Assembly: GCA_002238505.1 (NCBI GenBank)
Contig: MPMM01000008.1
Location: 34,589 to 98,588, forward strand
Reading direction: 5' to 3'
Length of the DNA: 64,000 nucleotides
From: SAR202 cluster bacterium bin22
GTDB lineage: Bacteria > Chloroflexota > Dehalococcoidia > Lucifugimonadales > UBA3495
In this document: positions 15,682-24,661 of the stretch, piece by piece
Position numbering within the stretch: position 1 is the first letter of the stretch
How the letters are laid out: each line of letters starts with the position of its first letter
The notes under the pieces: model-generated
Databases searched by the model: none
What the model saw: the letters and a program-made list of their open reading frames with translations, nothing else
What the model was told of the DNA's origin: nothing
Translations under genes and position numbers: made by a program

Positions 15682-16554
15682 ATGGCAGAAAAAACTACTG
15701 TAGGTAGTTACGAAATTACCGCCGTTATCGATATGGTCCCTCCCCCGCGGCCTACCTCTGCGATGTTCCCCGACGTTCCCGACACCGCCTGGACCGACCA
15801 CCAGGATGTGCTGGAAGACGGTCAGCTCCAGCTCTACTACGGCGTATTCGTGGTCCGCTCCGACAACCACACCATTCTGGTGGATACCGGCATGGGCCCC
15901 GGACCTCATCCCAGCCGCGGCAACATTGTCGGCAATCTCTACGAGGAACTGCGGCCCGTTATGCTGCCCCCCAACGTGGACATCCATAACACCAACGTTT
16001 CCCCCTCCGACCAGGTCAACTACGTCATTCACACCCACCTCCATCCCGACCACGTGGGCTGGAACCTCCGCTACTCCGGCGGTATGCCCGCTCCCAATTT
16101 CCGGCGCGCCCGCTACATCATCCCCAAGGACGACTACGACTACTTCACCCAGCCGGAAATCCTGGAACAGAACCCCCACGTGCAGCAGCAGATTATGCCC
16201 CTGCGCCGCCTCCGCCTCCAGCAAATCGTTGAGGGCGAATACGAGGTCACCGACGGCGTTTCTACCATGCCGGCCGTCGGCCACACCCCGGGCCACCAGG
16301 TAGTCCTGGTCAATTCCGGCGGCGAGAAGGCCATGCTCGTTGGCGACCTGCTCCACTGCATCGCCCAGGTCACCGAGCCCAGTTGGTGCGCCTCCGTGGA
16401 CTACGACAAGGCCGCCAGCCACGCCAACCGCGAAATGCTCCTGGACAAGGCCGAAAGCGAAGACTGGATCGTCTGCGCCGGCCACTTCCCCCCCGGCAAG
16501 CAGATTGGGAAGGTCGTCACCGAGGGCGGCAAGCGGGTCTGGCAGTCACTCTAA
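15682..16554 (+). CDS. MBL-fold metallo-hydrolase
   Basis: 'HTHLHPDHVGWN' (HxHxDH) and 'AVGHTPGH'. AGGAGG RBS. Confidence 0.85.
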   Translation: MAEKTTVGSYEITAVIDMVPPPRPTSAMFPDVPDTAWTDHQDVLEDGQLQLYYGVFVVRSDNHTILVDTGMGPGPHPSRGNIVGNLYEELRPVMLPPNVDIHNTNVSPSDQVNYVIHTHLHPDHVGWNLRYSGGMPAPNFRRARYIIPKDDYDYFTQPEILEQNPHVQQQIMPLRRLRLQQIVEGEYEVTDGVSTMPAVGHTPGHQVVLVNSGGEKAMLVGDLLHCIAQVTEPSWCASVDYDKAASHANREMLLDKAESEDWIVCAGHFPPGKQIGKVVTEGGKRVWQSL

Positions 16555-16585
16555 TCCCGGCCTGCGCTTTGACCCCTTCTGAAAC

Positions 16586-16625
16586 AAGGGCGCACGGATC
16601 TTCCGTGTGCCCTTCTTCCTTTCCT
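16586..16625 (+). terminator. candidate intrinsic terminator after the MBL hydrolase gene
   Basis: Stem aagggcgcacgg / ccgtgtgccctt (one G-U pair), 5-nt loop, then a pyrimidine/T-rich tail cttcctttcctttc. Confidence 0.45.
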
Positions 16626-16998
16626 TTCAGCCAGTAATCTAATGCCTGAAGCCACTCAAAAGCAGCAACTCCACCCTTCACGGAAATCCGCAAAGGCAGG
16701 GCGTATCCAGCTCCGGGTTACGTAATACTCGCAGCATATCCTTACGTGTTCCTTCGTGGACCAGCTTCTATTCCCGCTCGTTTTGGCTTCGTGGAAACCC
16801 TCCCCGCAGGTTCACCGCTTGTATAACCCCGACACCTTTGCTACAATCGCCGCATTAAGCCCGACGCCATCAGATAGGGAATGTGTAGCTGATACGGCGG
16901 CAAACCGCCAGGGTAAGTGCCCGGGTGAGTGTCGGATTGAGGCGCTCTGCCGTGGCAATCCGGAAATGGCTAGAAATGTGACAGGAGGAGGAAGCATT

Positions 16999-17778
16999 AT
17001 GCCATCGTTTTGGGAGAATCTAAGGTTCGCCGGTGACCGAGGCTTTGACGACATGCATGGCTACCAGGGTCTGGACATGGTTGCCTACATCAGCCATCCC
17101 GCACCCAGCGAGGGTGTCAGTTGGCCCGCCGTCATCGTCATCCAGGAAATCTTCGGCGTAAATGAGCACATTCAGAAGGTTTGCGACCGATTCGCCGCCA
17201 ATGGCTACGTCGCTATTGCCCCGTCCCTTTTCCACCGCGAACATCCCAACCCCAAGCTCGGCTACAGCGGCGAAGATATGCAGGCCGGCATCAACTACAT
17301 GTCCGCCATGCGGGATGAAGAGATCGTTACCGACGTCAACGTCACCCTCAACTACATCCGCAACGAGTATCAGCGCACCACCGGCCAGAAGGTCGGCATC
17401 GTCGGCTACTGCGTCGGCGGCCGGATTACCTACCTCGCGGCCACCAGTTGCCCGGGCCTCGAAGCGGCCGTTGCCTACTACCCCGGCCGCGTACTCGTCC
17501 CCTTCGGTGACGACAACCCCGCGCCCGTCGACCTGACCGGCAACATCAAGATTCCCCTGATGGGCCATTTCGGCGACCAGGACGGTAACCCATCGCCTGA
17601 TGATGTGACGGCCATCGAGGCAAAGCTTGACGCCGCTGGCGTCAACTATGACTTCAAGATGTACGCCGGCGCCGGCCACGGCTTCAACTGCGACGAGCGC
17701 GACAGCTATCACGCCGAAGCCGCTGAGGACGCCTGGGCCCGAACCCTCGGCTTCTTCGACCAGCACCTCAAGAGCTAG
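16999..17778 (+). CDS. dienelactone hydrolase family protein
   Basis: 'AVIVIQEIFGVNEHIQKVCDRFAANGYVAIAPSLF', nucleophile elbow 'GYCVGG', 'GAGHGF'. ATG at 16999 follows AGGAGGAGG. The longer track ORF from 16756 was rejected. Confidence 0.85.
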   Translation: MPSFWENLRFAGDRGFDDMHGYQGLDMVAYISHPAPSEGVSWPAVIVIQEIFGVNEHIQKVCDRFAANGYVAIAPSLFHREHPNPKLGYSGEDMQAGINYMSAMRDEEIVTDVNVTLNYIRNEYQRTTGQKVGIVGYCVGGRITYLAATSCPGLEAAVAYYPGRVLVPFGDDNPAPVDLTGNIKIPLMGHFGDQDGNPSPDDVTAIEAKLDAAGVNYDFKMYAGAGHGFNCDERDSYHAEAAEDAWARTLGFFDQHLKS

Positions 17779-17822
17779 AAGCTCTGCTCCCGCAAATGGG
17801 CGCCAGCGTCCACTAATGCGCC

Positions 17823-17858
17823 AAAAAAGGGCCCGGCTGTCGAACAGCCGGGCCCCTT
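17823..17858. terminator. bidirectional hairpin terminator between convergent genes
   Basis: gggcccggctg-tcgaa-cagccgggccc (17829-17855), flanked by A6 on the left, which becomes a U-tract for the minus-strand gene. Confidence 0.6.
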
Positions 17859-17886
17859 CATCATGCCGATATTTACCTTTCCCCCG

Positions 17887-18177
17887 TCACCGCCACGCCA
17901 GATCCACCTCTGCGATGATCCCATACTTGTCATACAGCCGTTCCGCAATGTTGATGCGAAAACCGTCATCCTCCGGAAAAGCGTTCCGGACGTGTACCCT
18001 CCAGACATCCTGGTCCATGTCATTAACGTCGGGAAATGCGTCGTCGCACCGCACGCCGGGGTCGTACTCGTAAATCAACTCCGACGGCGGCCGCTCCAGG
18101 TACTCGGCTATGAACACCTGCACGGCGTCAATAATCTCGGTGGGCGTATGCTGATGCACGGGCTTCCTTCCGGTCAA
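17887..18177 (-). CDS. hypothetical protein (96 aa), co-transcribed with the upstream protease
   Basis: Starts 18 nt after the protease stop. Acidic composition. No recognisable family. Confidence 0.5.
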   Translation of the reverse strand: MTGRKPVHQHTPTEIIDAVQVFIAEYLERPPSELIYEYDPGVRCDDAFPDVNDMDQDVWRVHVRNAFPEDDGFRINIAERLYDKYGIIAEVDLAWR

Positions 18178-18195
18178 GCTGCCAGAATGAGGGCT

Positions 18196-19797
18196 CTATC
18201 TGTTCCCCTGCCTGGGAAGTGATTTGGGCGAATTAAACCTGAAACTGCCCAGCATCTGGTCTATGTGGTCTGCGCAATCGGGCAGATAGGTCTCAAAGGT
18301 GTCTGCCGTTATGGTGTACTCCTGGCTTCCCACCCTGCCCGTCTGCACAATGCGAAAGCACGACTCCTTGTCGTCCTCTCCCTGGTACCGGTAGTTCACC
18401 CGAAACCAGTCATGGTCTCCGAAGTCGTCCTCGTGGGCCGACAGAAGTTCGTAAGACGCCCAGGAATTTGAGCGGCTCAGGTGTTCCCACACCTCCTGCC
18501 GGCACAGTTCCTCCACCGGGGAATCATCGGCCAGGTCCACTATCGAAATGTGCACGTACGCCGGCCCGTTATCGGGCGCCCAGAGCGTCAGATCATCATC
18601 CTCGTATTCACTGGGCAGCCAGCCCGGGGCGGCGGCAACGCGCCACTGGTAAACATCGCTCCAGTATGGTGTCCATAACGCAATGCTGTTCAGGAAAACT
18701 CTGGCCAGCTCCTGCAGCCCGAAGGCATCGTCGAAACTCAGCTCGTTGGTTTCCAGTTGCAAATAGCACACGTGCACGCTTCCCGTGGGCGACGTCATCA
18801 GGAGTATGCAGTGGATTCCCTTGATGGTTCCGCTGCCCTCCACCCGTTCCCCTGCAAATTCAAAGGCCCAGCCCCCGAATTCTTCGATTGCAGACAGCGG
18901 ACCTATCTCGGCCCTGGACCATGACTGGACCATTTGAAACAGGTCTTTCCTTCGGTCCTGCGCGAAGGATTGAAGGGGAAATTTTGCGTGGGTAGTGGTC
19001 AACAGCAGGCTGGCGACACTTTCCTCGTTATGAAAGGCGGCCCCTCTTGCGTCAGCTTCGTACCGTATCCACCATTCGGGCAGCCGGATGCTGAATCCCG
19101 ATTCGCCGATGTCGTGGGTCACCCAGTTCGTGCCCTTGGGTTTCGCGCCCTTAAGCTTGGCCCCTGCCGGTTCCTGGTCCTGGTCGGCCTGCTTGTTAAC
19201 TACGCCCCCGCCCTTGAGGAACTCCAGCCGTTCCCTTACGGCGTTTATCGGTATCGCGAAGCCCACACCCTGGACATTGTGCTCGCCAACCCGGTCAATT
19301 CCCCAGGTGTTTACTCCTATCACGTGACCGTAGATGTTGACCAGCGGGCCTCCGCTGCTTCCCGGGTTTATTGCCGCGTCCGTCTGCAGCAGGTTGTAGC
19401 GCTTCGCCGAAATTATCCCTCGCGTGACCGTCGGGGTTCCCTTGAGCATATCTCCCAGGGGATATCCCATAACCACCACATCTTCACCCACCCTTTCCGC
19501 GTCCGAGTCCCCCGTGGTGACCGCCGCCAGGTCGGGCCGGCTGCTGACCTGCACGCATGCCAGGTCCATCTCTTCGTCCCTGCCCAGAACGACGCCCGCG
19601 GCCGCAGTCCCGTCGATGAATTCAACCGATACCGAGTCATTCCTCCCAACCACATGGGCGTTGGTTACGATGCAGCCCTGGGCATCAATAACAAAGCCCG
19701 AACCGTTGCCGTCGTCAGTCCGAATATGGACCAGGCAAGGCTCGAGCTGGCAGACAATTTCCGATAACCGAGGGGCAGGTGGGTAGTTCAATGTCAT
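18196..19797 (-). CDS. trypsin-like (S1/HtrA-type) serine protease with two C-terminal PsbP/DUF1795-like modules
   Basis: 'GNGSGFVIDAQGCIVTNAHVV', 'DLACVQV', 'INPGSSGGPLVN' (H-D-S triad). The C-terminal ~330 aa contain 'GFSIRLPEWW' and 'RVAAAPGWLPSEY' type strands. No PDZ domain and no signal peptide are evident. Confidence 0.75.
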   Translation of the reverse strand: MTLNYPPAPRLSEIVCQLEPCLVHIRTDDGNGSGFVIDAQGCIVTNAHVVGRNDSVSVEFIDGTAAAGVVLGRDEEMDLACVQVSSRPDLAAVTTGDSDAERVGEDVVVMGYPLGDMLKGTPTVTRGIISAKRYNLLQTDAAINPGSSGGPLVNIYGHVIGVNTWGIDRVGEHNVQGVGFAIPINAVRERLEFLKGGGVVNKQADQDQEPAGAKLKGAKPKGTNWVTHDIGESGFSIRLPEWWIRYEADARGAAFHNEESVASLLLTTTHAKFPLQSFAQDRRKDLFQMVQSWSRAEIGPLSAIEEFGGWAFEFAGERVEGSGTIKGIHCILLMTSPTGSVHVCYLQLETNELSFDDAFGLQELARVFLNSIALWTPYWSDVYQWRVAAAPGWLPSEYEDDDLTLWAPDNGPAYVHISIVDLADDSPVEELCRQEVWEHLSRSNSWASYELLSAHEDDFGDHDWFRVNYRYQGEDDKESCFRIVQTGRVGSQEYTITADTFETYLPDCADHIDQMLGSFRFNSPKSLPRQGNR

Positions 19798-19839
19798 TGA
19801 AGTCCTTCCTGACCTCTTCGTGCTTCTTCCTGTTCCTTA

Positions 19840-20230
19840 GGGCGTGTCGTCAAATGCCGAGTTTCGTCATTCCGGCGAAAGCCGGAATCCAGAGCCCTCG
19901 CAAGAATGGCTGATATGCGCAACGATATACTCGGGGTTGTCGTCAAATTGAAAGTAGAACTCTCCGAGCCTCCCTTTTCGTCATTCCGGCGAAAGCCGGA
20001 ATCCAGAGCCGTCGCAAGAATGGCTGATATGCGCAACGATATACTCGGGGTTGTCGTCAAATTGAAAGTAGAACTCTCCGAGCCTCCCTATTCGTCTTTC
20101 CGGCGAAAGCCGGAATCCAGAGCCGTCGCAAGAAAGGTCGATATGCGCAAAGATATTCCAGGACTCTGGTATACCCCCCGCTTACACCCGACACCCAACC
20201 GGCAGGAAGGACTAATTTGACGACAGCCCC
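19840..20230. mobile_element. MITE-like element, family 1 (copy A, contains an internal 114-bp tandem triplication)
   Basis: Terminal inverted repeats are 'ttagggcgtgtcgtcaaa' (left) and 'tttgacgacagcccc' (right). There are internal hairpins 'ttccggcgaaagccggaa' and 'ataccaggactctggtat'. Units start at 19863, 19977 and 20091. Other copies are at 24272-24409 and 29818-30023. Confidence 0.6.
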
Positions 20231-20267
20231 TGGTGTCCTTCGTACCCCTCGTGGACTCTGGGAATCG

Positions 20268-20831
20268 CTACACCCCGCTGGCTCCAAAACTCTCCCGGAA
20301 CCGGTACAGCGTCATTTCCGGCTCAATGGGCGCCACCGGCATGTACTCCGACTCCTCAATCTTGGCCACTATGAACCAGGGCCCGTCCTGCTCCAGCGCG
20401 TCGCAGAACACCGCCTCCAGGTCTTCCAGGTTGTTGACCGTGGCCGTGCGCGGTATGCTGCAGCTCTGCGCCACCTGCTCCAGGTCCGTTCCGAAGGCCG
20501 TGTGGCTCGACTGGTGACCCGTCTGGGCCCACTCTTCGTTGTCCCACACCACCACCACCAGGTTCTTGGGCTTTTCCCGGCCTATGGTGGCTATGGATCC
20601 CAGGTTCATCAGCAGCGACCCGTCCCCGTCCAGCGACACCACCTTCTCCTCGGTGGAAACTGCCATTCCCAGCGCAATGGACGAGCACAGCCCCATGTTT
20701 CCGTAGGTGTAGAAATTGCGGTCTCGGTGTCCGGCGTGCCACAACTCGTCGGTTGTGGGGCCCAGGTTGCTCACAATGGGAAGGTCGCCAATGTGGCGCA
20801 GCAGCATTTGGGTAGCTTCGAACCTAAGCAA
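20268..20831 (-). CDS. TPP-dependent decarboxylase beta subunit (sulfopyruvate/phosphonopyruvate decarboxylase-like)
   Basis: 'VVSLDGDGSLLMNLGSIATI' (TPP GDG..N motif). Its size and its pairing with an alpha-subunit gene overlapping by 8 nt support the call. Confidence 0.75.
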   Translation of the reverse strand: MLRFEATQMLLRHIGDLPIVSNLGPTTDELWHAGHRDRNFYTYGNMGLCSSIALGMAVSTEEKVVSLDGDGSLLMNLGSIATIGREKPKNLVVVVWDNEEWAQTGHQSSHTAFGTDLEQVAQSCSIPRTATVNNLEDLEAVFCDALEQDGPWFIVAKIEESEYMPVAPIEPEMTLYRFRESFGASGV

Positions 20832-21330
20832 GTTTGCCTCCGTGCAGCAGTTGCGTCATGCAGATGGCCACCGGTTGCCGGTTGGCGTGGCACAGCTTCA
20901 GCGCTCCATCCACAATCTTCTCCATGTTGTATTCGTCTTCCAGCGTAAAATGCACCAGCCCGAAAACGTCCAGGATGGGCCGCGTGGCTCGACCCATGGG
21001 CACCTGCGCGATGTTGAACTCCCCCGGGCCTCCCCGCAGGTTCATGAAAATCGGTATCGGCGTGCGGGCCGGTATGCACAGGCTGGCTATGGCGTTGATG
21101 CTGTTTCCGAACCCGCTGGATTGCATGAACACCGCCGAATTGCGCCCCGTCGCGTATCCACCAACCGCCACCCCGATGGCTTCCTCCTCTCGCGTTGCCG
21201 ATACCAGGTGGAAGTAGGGGTCCTCGTCTATCAGGGTGGTCACCCGGTCAATCGAAATATCGGGCACATACGCCACCAAAGAGGTATCCCACTTCTTCAG
21301 TGAGTCAACTATTATGTCGTTCCATGCCAT
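20824..21330 (-). CDS. TPP-dependent decarboxylase alpha subunit (ComD-like)
   Basis: 'MAWNDIIVDSLKKWDTSLVAYVPD..ATREEEAIGVAVGGYATGRNSAVFMQSSGFGNSINAIASL'. The ATG at 21330 is chosen; the track ORF extends to 21579 through repeat DNA. Confidence 0.75.
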   Translation of the reverse strand: MAWNDIIVDSLKKWDTSLVAYVPDISIDRVTTLIDEDPYFHLVSATREEEAIGVAVGGYATGRNSAVFMQSSGFGNSINAIASLCIPARTPIPIFMNLRGGPGEFNIAQVPMGRATRPILDVFGLVHFTLEDEYNMEKIVDGALKLCHANRQPVAICMTQLLHGGKLA

Positions 21331-21540
21331 GGCTGTTTCCTTTCTGCAGCCCCTTGATTTGTATCTGAAAAGGGCAGTCACTAAAGTATCAGCAATGCTT
21401 CCGAAAGTCAAAAACCGCGCCAACCAGGTATGGTGTCGTTTCAGGCGTTTTGGAATATCGGAATGGTAGGGGCAGACCTGTGTGTCTGCCCTGGTCCCAC
21501 AAATGAAACCACCTGAATCGGAGCGCCAATTATCAAACAT

Positions 21541-21614
21541 CGATGCACAGGATGCACAGGATGTGGTGGACCAGGACAAACCCGAAAATCCTGTATATCC
21601 TGTCCATCCATGTT
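21541..21614. repeat. imperfect palindromic element, family F ('gatgcacaggatgcacaggat ... atcctgtatatcctgtccatccatg')
   Basis: The arms are reverse complements of each other. A second copy lies at 40031-40126. A hairpin 'gtaggggcagacctgtgtgtctgccc' lies nearby at 21466-21491. Confidence 0.7.
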
Positions 21615-21663
21615 AATATCTCGGTTAATATCTTGGGCAGCCTGACCCTCGAGAGGTGCCATC

Positions 21664-22278
21664 TTGCAGATAGACCCCAACACCTTTGAGCATAACTTCT
21701 ACCGCGTCCTCACCGGCGTGGTCGTCCCCCGCCCCATCGCCTTTGTTTCCACCATCTCCACCGACGGTATCGTAAACCTGGCCCCCTACTCCTTCTTCAA
21801 CGCCGTGGCTTCCGACCCGCCCACCATCGTCTTCTCCTCCTCCCGCCGGGCCGGTTCCAAGGCCAAGGACACCCTGACCAATGTGGAGGAAACCGGGGAG
21901 TTTGTGGTGAACGTGGTGGTGGACGACATCGCCGACGCCATGAACCGGACCGCCGCCGAGTTCCCCGTCGAGGTCAACGAGTTTGAGATCGCCGGCCTAA
22001 CCGAGGCCTCATCGGTGAAGGTCAAGGCCCCCCGCGTCGCCGAGTCCCCCGTCAACATGGAGTGCCGGTTGAAGCAGGTGGTGGACCTGGGCGTCAACCC
22101 CGAAAGCGGCCACGGCCTGGTCATCGGCGAAGTAATCTACATGCACATCCGCGACGACCTGATAAACGGCCACCGCATCAACCACCAGTTGCTCAAGCCC
22201 ACCGGCCGCCTGGCTGGCAGCATGTACTGCCACACCGCCGACGTCTTTGAAATGGAACGCCCCACTTACAACGGCTAG
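21664..22278 (+). CDS. flavin reductase-like (FMN-binding split barrel) protein
   Basis: 'FYRVLTGVVVPRPIAFVSTISTDGIVNLAPYSFFNAVASDPP' is a typical flavin reductase domain. Confidence 0.85.
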   Translation: MQIDPNTFEHNFYRVLTGVVVPRPIAFVSTISTDGIVNLAPYSFFNAVASDPPTIVFSSSRRAGSKAKDTLTNVEETGEFVVNVVVDDIADAMNRTAAEFPVEVNEFEIAGLTEASSVKVKAPRVAESPVNMECRLKQVVDLGVNPESGHGLVIGEVIYMHIRDDLINGHRINHQLLKPTGRLAGSMYCHTADVFEMERPTYNG

Positions 22279-22545
22279 CGAAAGAGGGGCAAGGAGTCCG
22301 GAGAAGCTCAGAAAAAGTCAGAACAAGATAGAAAAAGTACAGAAACCCAGCCCGCCAACCCCGTCGTTCCCCCGCCGGCGAACCCCTCAAACCTGCTTCC
22401 GACCCCCGCATGTAGGGGCGCACGGCCGTGCGCCCCTAACGGTTGCCATCGCCCTGCCCCAACCCGGGGCAGTCGCATTCCAGCTTTGGTTCAACCCGGT
22501 CGTTCCCGCCCAGCCGGTAACCTCGAACCTGGAGGAAACTAGTAG

Positions 22546-22650
22546 CTCAACAGAATTGTAATGAAGGGTTGGGGTTTAACCGTCATTCCAACTCAGGGCC
22601 CGAATGACGATACAGATTTAGCAGTCCTTATTTCAAACCTGTTGGTCTGC
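22546..22650. mobile_element. MITE-like element, family 2 (short copy)
   Basis: Aligns end-to-end, in reverse orientation, with the termini of 56867-57039 ('ctcaacagaattgtaatgaagggttgg.gtttaaccgtc' ... 'acagatttagcagtc..atttcaaa.ctgttgg.ctgc'). It abuts the TAG stop of the 22650-23408 gene. Confidence 0.6.
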
Positions 22651-23408
22651 TAGTAAAAGCCCTGGCTTCCTGGCTCCCGCGGCTTGTCCTCGTCCGTCTC
22701 GGCAGCGGCGTCTTCCGACTCAGCCCCTGCAGGCTCGGCCCCTGCGACTTCGGACGATTCCACCGTATCTTCGACGGCAGAGTCCGTAACCGAATCCACT
22801 GCGTCCTCTGCCCCTTCGGCCACTGTAGCCTCAACAACTTCCGTGGGTTCCGCCTCCTGCACCGGCGCTGCCTCCGCTGCCGGGGCCCCCGCCTCTGCCA
22901 TAACCACCGGTTCGCCCTCAATCACATCCACATCCGTCGGCTGCGGACGTCCGGTGACCTGGAACGGGACGTTCTCCTCTGGATGGGTGTCGCGGTATCG
23001 GTTCAGCGCCCCCTCCAGCGCATCAAAAAAGGCGTCCGGCTCCCGCACCCGTATCGACTGGCGACGTCCCCGCACCGGTCGCACCCGCAACTGGTCCAGG
23101 GTTGCCATAGACCCCATTTCAATCACCGCTATGTTGTTGAAGTGGATGGTCTTAACCCGTGGCATGCCGTAAGCGACGCAAAAGGCGTCGTCGTACACCA
23201 GGTATTCCCGTGGCGTGAACAGCCACGTATAAATGGCTACCGCAATACCCAGCATGAAGATAACCGAGGGATTCCCACCCATGTCCCAGAGTCCAAAAAC
23301 GGCTCCGGCCCCCCAGGCTGCGATTCCCAGTGCCAGTACCAGGGTGAGGTTGAAGGGGACGCGGTCTTTGGCCGCGTAAAGAGGCTGGCCGCCGTGCGAT
23401 TGCATCAT
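22650..23408 (-). CDS. membrane protein with PH-like (bPH) domain and acidic A/E/V-rich tail
   Basis: Two TM helices ('LTLVLALGIAAWGAGAVFGLW', 'VIFMLGIAVAIYTWLF'), then 'REYLVYDDAFCVAYGMPRVKTIHFNNI'. Start is MMQSHGG at 23408. Confidence 0.55.
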   Translation of the reverse strand: MMQSHGGQPLYAAKDRVPFNLTLVLALGIAAWGAGAVFGLWDMGGNPSVIFMLGIAVAIYTWLFTPREYLVYDDAFCVAYGMPRVKTIHFNNIAVIEMGSMATLDQLRVRPVRGRRQSIRVREPDAFFDALEGALNRYRDTHPEENVPFQVTGRPQPTDVDVIEGEPVVMAEAGAPAAEAAPVQEAEPTEVVEATVAEGAEDAVDSVTDSAVEDTVESSEVAGAEPAGAESEDAAAETDEDKPREPGSQGFY

Positions 23409-23661
23409 ATACGTTTTTCCTGAATTCGGTGGCGAGGTTTTGGTGTTTACCCGCCGTATCCGAGGCGAAATCCGAAGCGCCCACATTATATACCATCACC
23501 ACCATCCCAGCTACCAACCCTGCATCCCCCGGCAACCCTCGCCAAAATGTGGTCAACCTTCGTAGGGGCGGGTTTCAAACCCGCCCTCGCCGCCCCTCGA
23601 TATTTCCCCCAACCCAATTTCCGTAAAGAACCCCCTCAATGCAGTCCCGTTCGCCCCTGCG

Positions 23662-24171
23662 CCCTGCCGAAGGGCCTCAAATCCCTCCTGCCTGTCCGCT
23701 TGCAGGTCCGAAACCCCCTTTGCGGTATACGGCCGCCACTCCGCCTGGCATAAGTCCTGTCGCCCTGAGCTTGCCGAAGGGCCTCAAATCCTTCCTTCCT
23801 GTCCAGCCAAAGGCCCGAAATCCGGTTTGGGGAATGGCATAACCCCCGTCGTCCCCGCCCTCAACCCCGTCTTTCCCGCGCAGGCGGGAACCTCGCACCC
23901 GTCCGCCCCTAACCTGAATCCGTTCGTGGTTAACCTCGCCCCCGTTCGTGGTGAGCCCTTCGAACCACCTCGCCGCCACCCACAAGCCATGCCACCCCTG
24001 CACCCAGCCGAAGGGCCTCAAATCCCTCCTGCCTGTCCGCTTGCAGGTCCGAAACGCCCTTTGCGGTATACGGCCGCCACTCCGCCTGGCGTAAGTCCTG
24101 TCGCCCTGAGCCTAGCCGAAGGGCCTGAAATCGCCGCCCCACTACAAGGCAGGGGCAAATCAACCATTGCC
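23662..24171 (+). repeat. composite repeat block (left copy) flanking the TPR-CAP gene
   Basis: Built from units 'cgccctg.gc.tgccgaagggcctcaaatcc.tcc...gtccg...ccgaaa...' plus 'ccgttcgtggtgagccc.tcgaaccacc'. It aligns over ~400 bp, in the same orientation, with 27077-27479 and has one extra ~110-bp unit. Confidence 0.8.
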
Positions 24172-24271
24172 ATCGGTACTCTCTCCGCAATGCAGCCCCG
24201 TTCGCCCTGCGCCCAGCCGAAGCCCCCAAACCACGGTAGGGGCAGACACGCTGGTCTGCCATGGCTGCTTA

Positions 24272-24409
24272 GGGGGGCGTCGTCAAAAGCCGGAATCCAG
24301 ATCCATCACGTAAATGGGTGATATGCTCCGCGATATACCAGGACTCTGGTATATCGCCTGTTCATTCCCGATACCTGACCGGCAGTAATGGCTAATTTGA
24401 CGACACCCC
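24272..24409. mobile_element. MITE-like element, family 1 (copy B, 138 bp)
   Basis: TIRs are 'ggggggcgtcgtcaaaa' and 'aatttgacgacacccc'. Internal palindrome 'gatataccaggactctggtatatc'. Confidence 0.6.
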
Positions 24410-24661
24410 TTGGAGCAACGTTTACCCGGGAATCTCCATAATGCCATTGCCCTGGCCGGAACATGGCGCTGCTGTCCCCTGCTCCTCAAATAGCCTATAC
24501 TTGCCACCGGGCAATACCAGGGCGAAGGAAGCATGTATCCCCAACAGTTGGAGCGCTTCCTGGAAGAAAACCCCCAGTACCTGCTTGGCCTGCGGGTAAA
24601 GATCATCACCTCGGCCGTGTTGGTGCCGCAGTGAGTGGTGGCGGCTGAACCGAGCTTGGAT

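Noticed and set aside
23677-24321. ORFs inside repeat blocks. Examples: 23677-24021, 23827-24321, 23930-24262, 27224-27481, 29277-29654, 31743-32426, 19794-20060, 19906-20220.
   Set aside because: They are translations of REP/MITE modules (recurring peptides such as 'SLPKGLK', 'GEGPGVRA', 'IPAKAGIQ'). They have no start context and overlap one another in several frames.
23490-24415. Possible CRISPR arrays in the repeat-rich spacers (23.5-24.4, 27.0-27.7, 29.1-30.0, 31.3-31.9 kb).
   Set aside because: The repeats belong to several different families with variable length, spacing and orientation. The supposed spacers are themselves repeated elsewhere. There are no cas genes and no uniform 28-37-nt repeat.
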